Assembly (NCBI GenBank): GCA_963711835.1
Contig: CAVQFQ010000009.1
Span: 18,601-82,600, forward strand
Direction of reading: 5' to 3'
Source of the DNA: an uncultured delta proteobacterium
Lineage (GTDB): Bacteria; Desulfobacterota; RBG-13-43-22
Length of the DNA: 64,000 bases
Made by a program: the position numbers and the translations under genes. The notes under the pieces were generated by a model. It was given only the letters and a program-made list of their open reading frames with translations, was not told the DNA's origin and ran no database searches. Every line of letters starts with the position of its first letter. Position 1 is the first letter of the stretch. Shown piece after piece: positions 42,857 through 53,338 of this stretch.

Positions 42857-43060
42857 CTATAATTCTTTTACCACTTGGAAACGGGAAACCAGGAGGTATC
42901 TTTCCACCGTCACCTTGAAAAGGGCACAGGTCGGGGAGGAGACAAAATCAAGCAGATGGGGATGGCGGTCCAGGTAAAGCTGCTCATAATGCTCCCGGTC
43001 TCCTCCTCCCAATTCCAGGGCTTTTCCCAGGATGGTCACCGCCCTGGCCTCGGAAAGCAA
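42857..43060 (-). pseudogene. C-terminal fragment of a PNPOx-like protein
   Basis: AVTILGKA...YLDRHPHLLDFVSSPTCALFKV.VERYLLVSRFQ; no N-terminal half. Confidence 0.6.
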
Positions 43061-43077
43061 CCTCTTATCAAAGCCTG

Positions 43078-43460
43078 CTATGGTCGTCGAGAAATTCGGG
43101 TTCCGTCTTTGATCTGGTTGCTGGGATGAGGGATGACCTCTTCCCCTTCTTTCAATCCTTTTATAATCTCCGCTTCAAAAGCCCCACGCCGGCCCACCCC
43201 GCCCTCACGCCGCCGGGCCCGCCCGCCCTGATTGACAAAAACCGCCCATCCCCGGCCCAGTCGAAAGAGGGCGCTGGAAGGAATCTTCAAGACCCCTTTC
43301 CCCTTCCAGACGATGATCCGGGCCTCGACCCGGAAGCCGTCGCCCAAAGGACTAGGAGGATCCACAAAGTCGCAAATGACATTGACCCGCTTTTCCTCCA
43401 CGCCCAGGGCCGAGACCTTGGTGAAGCCCCAGGGCTCCACCAGTCGCACCCTGGCCTGAT
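43078..43460 (-). pseudogene. C-terminal fragment of an efflux periplasmic adaptor
   Basis: RVRLVEPWGFTKVSALGVEEKRVNV...LGDGFRVEARI...IPSSALF...GLKEGEEVI; 5' part absent. Confidence 0.7.
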
Positions 43461-43506
43461 GGGAGGGTGACTTTTTTAGGTTTAGCCTCTATCGTTTTTT
43501 TGTCAC

Positions 43507-45828
43507 CTACACATTTTCCAAAGCGAATATTATTTCCCCCGGTTGCCCGTCCGGGGTGACAGGGAAACGCCAATTTTTTATCTGTTCCCTGAGACACTTC
43601 TGGAGTGCCGGTAACGGGTTCGAGTCGAAGATGACTTCTTTTACGGTGCCGTCCGGATTAATCCTTAGTTTGATAATTATTTTGCCTTTGTGTTTGCCTT
43701 TCTGAAAACACTTCTCAATCTCCTGGATATTCTTTTGCAGTACCTTAGCAACCTCTTCTTTGATCCGGTTGCCAGATACTTGTATATCCGAAAAGGATAC
43801 GAAGTCCCGCTTATCCTTCTCTTCTTTTTCCCTGGCGGTATTCTTTTGGTAGAGGGCATCGGCGGCTTGGGCCGGCGTCAGGGCGCTGACCGAGCCGGCC
43901 GGGGCCGACAGGGCTAATTTCCTGGCTTCGCCGACGGCATAATCGGAAACCCCCTGGGGAAGAGGAAGGGGCTGTTTGACCGTTGTGGGGGACCCGTTTT
44001 TATTGCGTATCTCGGTGTCTACCGCCACAAAGGAAGTGTAGGCCGTCAACAGGTTATATTTTAGCGCAAGTTCCGTGACTTCCCGGGTGCGGCGGTCTTC
44101 AGGCCGGAGTTTGTTGAAATCCGAGAGCAGGGTAATTTTGTGCCGGGCCCAGAGGTAGCGAAGCCCCTGATCGGTCTTTAAGGGTTTTGTGCCACCTACC
44201 TCAATGGCCTCCTGAAAAGGACCTTCCCCCGAAAGACCACTTAACAAGATTTTTCCTTTCGGCCGGCCGCGCCATTTTCCAAAAATAACAATAGGGCGAT
44301 CCGCAAATAAGTCCGGGATGCCGGCCGGCTCCACATCGTAAACGGAGAAGCCCTCAAAGCCGATCTTAATTTTGGTCAGGACCGGGGACTCGATCATCTG
44401 CCGAAACCGTTCGGCCTGGGCCGGGGCCTCATGGGGATCGGTGATGACAAAGGATTCGCCCATTCCCACATGGGCCAGGCCTTCGATGATGTGGCGGTTG
44501 ACGCTGCTGCCGATCCCGAAGGCGAACATATTGGCTTGACCGAGATTTTTCCGGATCAGCTCAAAGACCTCTCCTTCCACAGTTACATAGCCGTCCGTAG
44601 CGATGACGATGGTCCGTGAATAACCGTCAGCCTTCTCAAGATCCAAGGCCCGTTTCAGGGCCGGCAGCAGCTCGGTGCCCCCGCCTCCCCGCTGGCGGTC
44701 GACGAGTTGAAGGGCCCGGTCGATATTCTCGCGATTGACCGGGAGAGATTGGTTGGACAAGAGCGACGATCCGCCGGAGAAAAGAAGGACATTGAACCGA
44801 TCGGTAGATCGGAGACGGCCGATCAGATCTTTCAATAAATGTTTTGAGATCTCCAAAGGAAAGCCGTGCATGGATCCGGAGACATCGACAATAAAAATAT
44901 ATTCACGGCCCGGGATCTGTTCCCTGGCTACTCGTTTGGGAGGCTGCATCTGAAGCAGAAAGAAATTCTCTTTTTCTCCTTCAACCAAAAGAAGCCCGGA
45001 CTGAATTTGCCGGCCGTTGAGGCGGTAGCGCAAAATAAAGTCCCGGTTGCCGCCCTGTTTCTCTAAAGGATCCAGCACAACCTTGGCCTCGGAAGGACCG
45101 GCAAAGCTGGTTTGGACCTTGTGGGAGGGACAGAAGAGATCCTGGATGGGCAGACCGGCTGCCAAGGAGAGACTCAATTCAAAGGTATAGGTCGGCCTCT
45201 CAGCCTGGTGAAGATAGGGGTTTTGCACCCAATGCTCTTTGGCGGGGGCCGATGCCGCGCCTTGATTGGAGTAACGGGGCCCGACTACCGTGGGATAAAC
45301 GAATTCGTAGACGCGATCCGTGGGCACCAGCAACTCGGTATATTTCAGCTCCACCTTGATCTCGTCGCCGGGCATGATATTGGCCACATTCATCTGGAAG
45401 ACATTGGGCCTCTGCTGCTCCAGGAGGGAAGCGGTCTTGCCCTGGTTTAGGGCCTGTTCGTAGGTGCGGCGCGCCTCCTCTCTTTTTTGAATTTTGGCCT
45501 CGATCATCCGCTTACCCAGGGTTATTTTCATGCCGTAAACAGCCGCCCGGGTTGATGCCGGAAAGATGTAAATGGCCTCCAGGGGGTGTCGGCCTTCATT
45601 CTTGTAGACCTGGGTCACCAGGACATCGGCAATAACCCCGGAGATGTTCACTTGCGCCGTGGTGGTTTTTAAAGGAAGCTGGTCCGGACCGGGTTGGTCG
45701 CTCTTGACGAAAAAGAAGGGAGACAGGGTCCGGTCTTCGGATTCGACAGGCCTCGGGTGCCCCGATGCCGGATAAAAAATGATCAGGAACAGGGTTACTA
45801 TCATAAGGATGGGCATTAGCCGTTTCAT
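43507..45828 (-). CDS. Exported VIT-vWA protein with TonB-C/AgmX-like C-terminal domain
   Basis: Signal peptide, VIT domain (LEAIYIFP), MIDAS DVSGS, GGGT and TDG; C-terminal INPDGTV...CL...NWRFP. Confidence 0.88.
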   Translation of the reverse strand: MKRLMPILMIVTLFLIIFYPASGHPRPVESEDRTLSPFFFVKSDQPGPDQLPLKTTTAQVNISGVIADVLVTQVYKNEGRHPLEAIYIFPASTRAAVYGMKITLGKRMIEAKIQKREEARRTYEQALNQGKTASLLEQQRPNVFQMNVANIMPGDEIKVELKYTELLVPTDRVYEFVYPTVVGPRYSNQGAASAPAKEHWVQNPYLHQAERPTYTFELSLSLAAGLPIQDLFCPSHKVQTSFAGPSEAKVVLDPLEKQGGNRDFILRYRLNGRQIQSGLLLVEGEKENFFLLQMQPPKRVAREQIPGREYIFIVDVSGSMHGFPLEISKHLLKDLIGRLRSTDRFNVLLFSGGSSLLSNQSLPVNRENIDRALQLVDRQRGGGGTELLPALKRALDLEKADGYSRTIVIATDGYVTVEGEVFELIRKNLGQANMFAFGIGSSVNRHIIEGLAHVGMGESFVITDPHEAPAQAERFRQMIESPVLTKIKIGFEGFSVYDVEPAGIPDLFADRPIVIFGKWRGRPKGKILLSGLSGEGPFQEAIEVGGTKPLKTDQGLRYLWARHKITLLSDFNKLRPEDRRTREVTELALKYNLLTAYTSFVAVDTEIRNKNGSPTTVKQPLPLPQGVSDYAVGEARKLALSAPAGSVSALTPAQAADALYQKNTAREKEEKDKRDFVSFSDIQVSGNRIKEEVAKVLQKNIQEIEKCFQKGKHKGKIIIKLRINPDGTVKEVIFDSNPLPALQKCLREQIKNWRFPVTPDGQPGEIIFALENV

Positions 45829-45872
45829 GGGATACCTCCTTGAAAAAGGGATTGATGAACTTCTTTTCAGGT

Positions 45873-45900
45873 TTAGACAGAGGAGGTTTTAAAAAGTTCC
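45873..45900 (-). promoter_or_regulatory. ECF (sigmaE/W-type) promoter of the VIT-vWA gene
   Basis: GGAACT-16 bp-GTCTAA on the minus strand. Confidence 0.72.
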
Positions 45901-46025
45901 CAGCTTTAAAAAAGTGAGGGGTGAGGAGTAACGAGAAAACCGTTGAAATTATGGTTGGAAAAAATAGAGGTGGGGAAGGAAGGAACTACTTTTTCCGGAT
46001 GATTTCTATTCTGACAGGGACAAGG

Positions 46026-47054
46026 TCATCCTGCCGGGATGAGGAGATCATCGCTTTCGCTTATCCCCCCCATCTTTTTCAGGGTGTCGAAAAGGCCCGG
46101 TAATTTTTTTAAATTGACCACTCCTGAAATAATTTCCATCTCATCCTGGGATTCCCTGAGAATATTCCGAGCCTCGGCCTGGTGAAGGGCTTCCAGGGCT
46201 TCCTGGCTTGCTTTGCCGAGGTCGCTGACCTTGAATAAGAACCCCACCGGCCTTGATTTAAGCCGGGCCTTTTCCCTGACCGCAACCCTGTCCTGGTCGG
46301 TTTTTTCTTTTGGTTTGACAGTTCCTAACTCATCGGCCATCCTTCTGTCTTTTTCCAAGGAGGAGGCTGCCGGAGCCGTCAGAGGAGCCGGGGCCATGGG
46401 GGAGGAAGCCAATCTTCCTGATGAAACCGCTCCAACCGGTTTTTCTTCGCGGCGGTCTTCGGGAATTCCTTTTTTCTCCCCCATCAGAGGAGGTTCCGGT
46501 GCCCTTGACAGGGCCACCACTTGGTCTTCCTGCTCCTTGTCCGCCGGACGGCCTGCCCCAATGGGGATCTTGACCTCCTCTTTCTCTTTCTGAGGGGCCT
46601 TCCCTGTCCCTGGTTTGCCCGTGGGGAGCTTGTCCGTCTCTTGAAGGGAATATTTTTCTGTTATGACCGGTAATGAACCAAGCGGGGCCTGAAAGGCCGC
46701 CCTTTCCGGCTCGCCGGCCTGGTAAACCTGCCAGGCCAGGAAGGCGATTAAAAGAGAGGCCACGGCTTCGATCGGGATCTTGATGTGGAGGGGGAAGAAC
46801 AATTTCTCAAGCCAGCTTTTTTTCTTCTCCCCTTCTTCCTCAATCCGGGCCATGATCTTTTGGGTGAACCAGGGAGGGGGTTCCACCTCGGTCAGGTTTC
46901 TTAAAAGATAACCGGATTTTTCAAGATCCCGGCAGACCTTCCGGCATGGATCGCAGGAATCAAAGTGCTTTCGAAGTTCTTCGGCTTCCAACTCCGAAAC
47001 ATCCCCTTCCAGAAAAGCCGGGAGTCTTTTTCCCACCTCTTTACAATCCATCAT
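46026..47054 (-). CDS. Zinc-finger anti-sigma factor (zf-HC2, DUF2275-like)
   Basis: C..V...L...HFDSCDPC, one TM segment after KIPIEA; ATGA overlap with the sigma gene. Confidence 0.85.
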   Translation of the reverse strand: MMDCKEVGKRLPAFLEGDVSELEAEELRKHFDSCDPCRKVCRDLEKSGYLLRNLTEVEPPPWFTQKIMARIEEEGEKKKSWLEKLFFPLHIKIPIEAVASLLIAFLAWQVYQAGEPERAAFQAPLGSLPVITEKYSLQETDKLPTGKPGTGKAPQKEKEEVKIPIGAGRPADKEQEDQVVALSRAPEPPLMGEKKGIPEDRREEKPVGAVSSGRLASSPMAPAPLTAPAASSLEKDRRMADELGTVKPKEKTDQDRVAVREKARLKSRPVGFLFKVSDLGKASQEALEALHQAEARNILRESQDEMEIISGVVNLKKLPGLFDTLKKMGGISESDDLLIPAG

Positions 47055-47650
47055 AAATCACCCACTACCTTTTCAAGCCCCTTTTTCAGGGCCTCTCTTG
47101 CCCGGTAAAGGCGGGATTTGACCGTCCCTTGAGGCAGTCCGAGAATCTGCTGAATTTCTTCATAGGAATGACCCTGGATATCCCGAAGAATAAGCACTTC
47201 CCGCTGCTCGGTCTCAAGCAGGTTGATGCAATCCTGGACCTTCGCTTCGATTTCCTTTTTCTCCAGTTGTTCCAAGGCTGAGGCCTCCGGAGAAGGCGGA
47301 TCAAGAACCTTTCCCCGTGATTCACCCTCGGGGGGATCGTCCGGGGATAGCGACCGAAACCGGGCCTGGCCGGCCATTTGCCGCAGCCGGGTCCTGGCCT
47401 GATTGAGGACGATACCATAGAGCCAGCTCGAGAACTTAGCCTCTCCCCTGAATTTCTTGATGGCCCGGTAGGCGGAAAGAAAGGCCTCCTGGACGGCATC
47501 GCAGGCCTCCTCATAATCCCCGATCAGGCGAAAAGCCAGATTCAGCATGCCTTTCTGGTGCTTTTCTACGAGCGCTTCAAAGGCCTTAAGGTCTCCTTTC
47601 TGGGATCGGAGCACCAGATTATGATCTTCATCAGCAACTACAGGATTCAT
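47051..47650 (-). CDS. ECF RNA polymerase sigma factor
   Basis: DAVQEAFLSAY, FSSWLYGI and SYEEI...GTVKSRLYRAR motifs; ATG 47650 with RBS agaggg. Confidence 0.92.
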   Translation of the reverse strand: MNPVVADEDHNLVLRSQKGDLKAFEALVEKHQKGMLNLAFRLIGDYEEACDAVQEAFLSAYRAIKKFRGEAKFSSWLYGIVLNQARTRLRQMAGQARFRSLSPDDPPEGESRGKVLDPPSPEASALEQLEKKEIEAKVQDCINLLETEQREVLILRDIQGHSYEEIQQILGLPQGTVKSRLYRAREALKKGLEKVVGDL

Positions 47651-47660
47651 TCCCTCTATG

Positions 47661-47689
47661 TTAGATATAAAAACCGGTGGATTTGTTCC
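47661..47689 (-). promoter_or_regulatory. Autoregulatory ECF promoter
   Basis: GGAACA-17 bp-ATCTAA just upstream of the sigma start codon. Confidence 0.62.
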
Positions 47690-47866
47690 GTTACTTTTTA
47701 GTCCAAGAACAACCGAGATAAGGGGACTTGTCAAGTAAAAGATTATCCCAACTTTTTGGGAGAAGAATCAATTTTTTTGGGGGATGTCCTTCAGGTTCTT
47801 TTTTGGGGAAAATTTTTCCCTTTTTCAGGGTCTTTTTGTCGTCTTATAAAACATGAAACATAATAA

Positions 47867-47901
47867 TAACAAGTAGTTGTCTTTATGGCACCTATATTGC
47901 T
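47867..47901 (+). promoter_or_regulatory. Sigma54 promoter with IHF-like site
   Basis: TGGCAC-N5-TTGCT at 47886-47901; TAACAAGTAGTTG upstream is one mismatch from the IHF consensus. Confidence 0.75.
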
Positions 47902-47949
47902 TATTATTCAAATAAAAAAACCTATTTCGTAGCGATTTTAGGAGGCCAT

Positions 47950-48657
47950 ATGCGAAAAATTCTCTTGGGGGTTTTAATTCTTTTTAGTTGTCTTTGTTTT
48001 ATCTGGGCGGGGAACGCCGCAGCCGTTCCGGTCACCTTTTCTTTTACCGGGGACAATCTGGTCCAGGGTTGGTATATAGTTGACGGCAATGTGACGCCTA
48101 TCTTGACGGCTGATGGGGACGGCTCTTTTAGCAATTGGCGGACTGCAGACACCCGGACAATCGAATTGGAGCCTAACCATGGCTATCAAATCATCTGGCA
48201 GATCGTCAATGACGACAATGATGCCGGTTTTCGTCCTCCCGGCCCAACCAATCCGGGCGGCTTTTTGGCCCAGGTTTTACCTGATAATGATTTTTGGCCC
48301 AATGGCCTGGTAACGGGTTCGTCCTGGGAAGTGGCCGTGCTTTATGATACCACGGGCGTGCCTAATTTTGGGGCTCTGTCCTGGAATGCCGCCACCCCTT
48401 ACGGATACAACGGGGCCCCCAATATCTGGTCTCAAGCTTTGGGAGGAGGGGTAAGTGTGGCCGGGATCAGCCCGGACGCCCAGTGGATTTGGACGGACCG
48501 GAACTATGGAGATCAAGGTGCCCCCGGCCGGGATGACAGCGTTTTCTTTCGGCTCACCCTGGACCCCACACCGGTTCCGGAGCCTGCTTCCCTGCTGCTC
48601 CTCGGAAGCGGCTTGATCGGCCTGGCGGCTGTGGGGAGAAAAAAGTTTTCGAAGTAA
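47950..48657 (+). CDS. PEP-CTERM sorting-domain surface protein
   Basis: Signal peptide; C-terminal VPEPASLLLLGSGLIGLAAVGRKK. Confidence 0.93.
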   Translation: MRKILLGVLILFSCLCFIWAGNAAAVPVTFSFTGDNLVQGWYIVDGNVTPILTADGDGSFSNWRTADTRTIELEPNHGYQIIWQIVNDDNDAGFRPPGPTNPGGFLAQVLPDNDFWPNGLVTGSSWEVAVLYDTTGVPNFGALSWNAATPYGYNGAPNIWSQALGGGVSVAGISPDAQWIWTDRNYGDQGAPGRDDSVFFRLTLDPTPVPEPASLLLLGSGLIGLAAVGRKKFSK

Positions 48658-48678
48658 ACTTATCTCAATTCCATACTT

Positions 48679-48713
48679 AAAAGGCAGGGTCGTAATGGAT
48701 CCTGCCTTTTTTT
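48679..48713 (+). terminator. Intrinsic terminator, probably bidirectional
   Basis: aaaaggcagggtc / gatcctgcctttt hairpin plus T-run between convergent genes. Confidence 0.8.
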
Positions 48714-48728
48714 CCTGTAGCCGCTCCC

Positions 48729-50480
48729 CTATTTCGGCCTCGCCGCCCTCTCGGCCAAGGCCTCCTTTTTCAATTCCCTCTTTAAAACCTTTCCCGCCAG
48801 GCTCACGGGCAGTTCATTTCTGAAGACCACTTCCCGGATCTTTTCGTAGCCGGCGACCTGCGGATTTACGTCATTCATGATCTCTTCTGCCGTGGCCGTT
48901 TCCCCTTCTCTCAAGACCACGTAGGCCCGGGGATACTCGGTGACGGCCGGGTCAGGGATCCCGATGACCGCGGCTTCTTTTATCTTGGGATGCTGGTAGA
49001 GGATCTCCTCCAGGTTCCTGGGGAAGACATTATAACCCTTGTACTTGATCATGTCTTTAATCCGGTCCACTATGAAGAGATAGCCGTCCTCATCCAGCTT
49101 GCCGATATCGCCCGAATGAAGCCAACCGCCTTTCAGGGTCCTGGCCGTTTCCTCGGGATTGTTCCAGTAGCCTTTCATGACCTGAGGACCTTTCTGGAGG
49201 ATCTCGCCCTCTTCGCCGATGGCCATCTCTTTGGTGTCGTCCATCAGGTCGGCGATCTTGACTTCGGAATCGAAAATCGGTATGCCGACCGAACCCGGTT
49301 TGCGGACCGCCGCCTCCGGGGTCGGATTAAGACAAACAGCCATGGTGCATTCGGTCATCCCATAGCCCTCGATAAAGACCCCTCCAATCACTTCCTTCAT
49401 CCGATTCAGGTATTCAACGGGTAAGGGCCCGGCGCCGCTGGCGGCAACCTTGACTTTCTTGAATTGGGGGGCATATTTCGAAAAATCCGAATGATTAAGC
49501 AGGGCGGTATAAATAGGAGGAGCCCCGCCCATGGCGTCAATCGGGTAATTTTCGAGAACCTTCAAGTATTCACCAGGATCGAATTTCGGAAGCACCACTG
49601 TGGTGGTTCCGACGAAAATAGGATAATTCAGGTAAGCGATGGTGCCCATGGCGTGAAACCAGGGCACCACATTGACGGCCGTAAAGTGCGAGCCTTGGAG
49701 ATTGCAGTTTTCCGGTGACAGATCTTTTACGATCTGATTTCCAAAGGCTGGGGCATTCCAGTTGGCCACTTGGGCGACATTGACGATGGTATTGTAATGG
49801 GTGATCATGGCCCCCTTGGGGAGTCCGGTGGTCCCGCCGGTATAGGCCAGGACGGCGATATCCTCCTTGCCGTTGATGGTTACGAGGGGAGGGTTGGGAG
49901 GATATTTCAACAGGAGGTCTTTGAAAAAGTAAATGCCGGCAGCCGGATCGCTTTTAATGGAGGCGATATTCTTTCTTTTTAGAAGCAGGAAACCGTATTT
50001 CTTAACCGCCGGAAGGGCTTCCTCCAGACCGGAGACGATGACCCGTTTGAGGCCGGTCTGATCCTTCACCTTGAGCAGCTTGTCCATCAGGAGATTAAGC
50101 TTGAGGGTGATGACGGTTTCGGCCCCGGAGTCATTAATCTGGTATTTGAGCTCGGCTTCGCTGTTAAGGGGCGAGCACATGGTCAGGATGGCTCCGATCT
50201 TAAGGACCGCGTAGTAGGAAACGGCGAACTGGGGGCAGTTGGGCATGAACAGGGCCACCCGGTCTCCCTTTTTCACCCCCAGGTCGGCCAGGGCGGTGGC
50301 CAAGCGCAGGGATTGGTCGTGGAGTTCCCCGAAGCTCATGGGTTTTCCCATGAAGATCAAAGCCGCCCGTTCAGGAAAGCGTCTGGCGCTGGCCTCCATG
50401 AAATCCCAAATGCTGCCTTCATAGTAGGTCAACGACTTCGGATACACATCGGGCCACAGCTTGTACCAGGGTTTGTCCAT
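48729..50480 (-). CDS. Long-chain fatty acid-CoA ligase
   Basis: YTGGTTGLPKG, EGYGMTE, LHSGD, IVDRIKDMIK and LAGKVLKR motifs. Confidence 0.92.
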   Translation of the reverse strand: MDKPWYKLWPDVYPKSLTYYEGSIWDFMEASARRFPERAALIFMGKPMSFGELHDQSLRLATALADLGVKKGDRVALFMPNCPQFAVSYYAVLKIGAILTMCSPLNSEAELKYQINDSGAETVITLKLNLLMDKLLKVKDQTGLKRVIVSGLEEALPAVKKYGFLLLKRKNIASIKSDPAAGIYFFKDLLLKYPPNPPLVTINGKEDIAVLAYTGGTTGLPKGAMITHYNTIVNVAQVANWNAPAFGNQIVKDLSPENCNLQGSHFTAVNVVPWFHAMGTIAYLNYPIFVGTTTVVLPKFDPGEYLKVLENYPIDAMGGAPPIYTALLNHSDFSKYAPQFKKVKVAASGAGPLPVEYLNRMKEVIGGVFIEGYGMTECTMAVCLNPTPEAAVRKPGSVGIPIFDSEVKIADLMDDTKEMAIGEEGEILQKGPQVMKGYWNNPEETARTLKGGWLHSGDIGKLDEDGYLFIVDRIKDMIKYKGYNVFPRNLEEILYQHPKIKEAAVIGIPDPAVTEYPRAYVVLREGETATAEEIMNDVNPQVAGYEKIREVVFRNELPVSLAGKVLKRELKKEALAERAARPK

Positions 50481-50603
50481 AGCCACCTCCACTTTTGGGG
50501 TTGTTCCATACTTCGTCATCCCGGCCAAGGCCCGCGGCAGCGGGACGCGAGCCGGGATCCAGGGACCTTTTGATTTAATTTCGGTATAGGCAGTAAACTC
50601 TCA

Positions 50604-51746
50604 TTACCCGCTGTAATTAGGAACCGCTTCTCCTTTGGCCCTTAGTTCAGCTATCCTGGCCCGGTTGCGTTTCTTTTTGGCCTTGATATTGAACCGGTCA
50701 ATCTGTTCCGCCATTTCCTGCAGGTAGGCGATCGGTTCAAACTCTGTCAGCCGGCCGTCCTTGAGGGCGCTGATTTACCAGGTCCTCGCCGGCCTGCGTC
50801 CTGGCCGTTACGTGGGACCCGCCGAAGGAGATGTCGGCGAATTCGGCTGAATAATCGGTGCAGAGGCTGCATCGGCGCCACTTCGGATAACTCGTGATGA
50901 CCGGAAAAAGTTCGATAAGGTTTAGACGTTTCTCGGTCTTTCCGCCGTCTTTCATGAGAATCTGGAAGAGGACATCGAATTCCGTTGATACCCTTCGGAA
51001 GTCGATGCTTTGGCGATCGTCTCCGGGGTAACCCCGCACAGCTTCGAAACATAGTCCATGAAGTCCTGGTGTTGGACTATGGGGGAACCGCAATAGAGTC
51101 CGAAGACGTACTTCACCTTTCGGGTCAACCCCGCGAAGCTGTCTCCGATCAGTTGGAGCTTGCGGAAACCCTGGACATGGCAGCCGAGGCCCACCAGGGC
51201 TATCGAACGCAGGTCGTTTCGCTGGGCCACCTCCTCCAGGGCCATGAGTACCGGGCTGAAGACATACTTGCTGCCCGCTCCTTCGATGATCTGTTCCCGG
51301 GTGGCGGCGATGACCGGCCAGGAAAACCAGGGATAGGGGGAGGCCTGGCCCCAGCGTGAGATGATGGCGCCGTCGATTTCTCCTTTTTCCAGAAGATAGG
51401 TCAGGAGCGAGGTGACCTTCCCGCCCGAGTAACCGATTCGGGCCAGGTCGTGATCACTGCTGATCAGGTTGCGATCGGAAAGATGGATTCCAAAACCGCC
51501 GGAATCCTCATTTTCATTTCTAACTCGTCCGAAAAGCCGCCGGTCCAGCTCGTCGTGTGGCGCGCCTGATCCGGAGCAGGCCTGTACACAAAGGCCACAA
51601 CTGGTGCACTCCTCCACCAACTCCGGGCCATCCCCTTTAAAGGAGATACAGCTAACCGGACAGACGGCTACGCAAGCCCCGCAGGAGATGCAGAGACGGG
51701 TGTCAATGACCTTTCGTTTCAGATTTTCAAAGGAAATTTCTTCCAT
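50604..51746 (-). CDS. FrhB/FdhB-family (F420-dependent beta-subunit-like) Fe-S flavoprotein, two frameshifts
   Basis: CISCGACVAVCP and CTSCGLC ferredoxin motifs, SGGKVT, GSKY, VGLGC, GLYC, CSLCTD.SAEFADISFG; frames join near 51010 and 50775. Confidence 0.75.
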
Positions 51747-51815
51747 TAATTCTCCTATCTTTGGTGACAGCCAAATTTCGATGACCGGCACCTTTTATGT
51801 CTCCGGTATCGTGCT

Positions 51816-53251
51816 TCAAGATATTTCCGGCCTTCGCTGGGCCCAGGGACGGGCCTGCTCCAATTGGGCTGCCAGACGGAAGAGGGTGGCTTCATCGCCG
51901 AAACGAGCCATAAAATGGACGCCTATGGGGAGGCCGTCGGCATTCCAGTAAAGGGGCAGGGACATGGCCGGGCTGGCCGGTAAAGTTGGCGATCGGGGTG
52001 ATGGGGACAAAGTCCTCCGCCCGCTTCAGTCCCAGTAGGGGATTGTCCGGGGGAGGATCAAAGCTTCCCAAAAGGGGAGGCGGTTCAGCGACCGTAGGCG
52101 CCAGCCAGAGATCATAGCGGAGGAAGAATCGGGCGATCTCGCGGGCGATCCGTTGGAGCAGAGTCAGGTAAAACAGATAAGTGGAAGCGCTTTGGGTTTT
52201 CCCCATCTCATAAAGAGCCCAGGTGAGAGGTTCAAATTGATCTGTTGTGGCGGCCTGGCCGGTTACCATGGCCATACCGTCGATAGTCCAGGCACACCCG
52301 GAAGACCAGAGGACCATGAAGGCTTGGCTGATCAGGTCGCGGTTAAGGGGTGGGATCCGCTTCCTCCACCTTGTGGCCCAAGGCAGCGCAAAGCGAGGCG
52401 GCGTCCCGTACGGCCTGGAGGCAGTCGGCATGGATGGTTGCCCCGGAGAAATTGGAAGCGGTAAAGGCAATGCGCAGTTTCCCCGGGTCGGCGCCGACCT
52501 CCTGGAGGAAAGGGCGGGCCGGAGGAGGCGCCCAGTAGGGATCACCCACATCCGGGCCGGAGGTCGCATCCAGCAGGGCAGCGCTGTCACGCACCGACCG
52601 GGTCACGGCATGTTCGGAGATCAGTCCGCTGAACAAATCACCAAAGTCCGGCCCCAGGGGAGTTCGGGCCCGGGTCGGTTTCAGACCGAAAAGCCCGCAG
52701 CAGGAGGCGGGGATGCGAATCGAACCGCCGCCGTCATTGGCATGGGCCATGGGCACCATCCCGGCAGCCACGGCCGTGGCCGAGCCGCCGCTCGAACCTC
52801 CCGGCGACCGCCCCGGGTTCCAGGGATTTCGGGTGGGCCCGAATAGACGGGGCTCCGTGGTGGGAAGAATGCCCAACTCAGGCAGGTTGGTCTTCCCAAC
52901 CATGATCAGGCCGGGCTCGCTTCAGGCGAAGAACCAGTTCATTGTCATGGTCCGGTACGAAATTCTTAAGTAAAGCCGTGCCCAGGCACATCCTGACGCC
53001 TTTAACCATGGCCCCGATATCCTTAATGAGAAATGGGACGCCGGAGAAAGGGCCCTGGGGCAGGTCCGTTTTGGCCAGGGCCAGGGCCTGGTCAAACATA
53101 GGCGAGAAATGACTGCGTTGAGGGAGGGATTCAGGCGCTCGATTCGCTCTATGGCCGCCTCCACCAGTTCAAGAGGGATAACTTCCTTCCTTCGGACCAA
53201 TTCCGCCAGTCCTATGGCGTCGAACGAGGCATATTCTTTAAATTTAGCCAT
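51816..53251 (-). CDS. Amidase-signature family amidase, about four frameshifts
   Basis: [32 protein letters not shown] and GLPIGVHF pieces in consecutive frames. Confidence 0.85.
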
Positions 53252-53338
53252 TGGTAATTCTCCTTCGGGTAAGTCCCCGACTTTGCCGGGAGGGATTTAA
53301 AAAGCATTTGTTTTCCAACCCGAAAAATTCGGAAAAGA

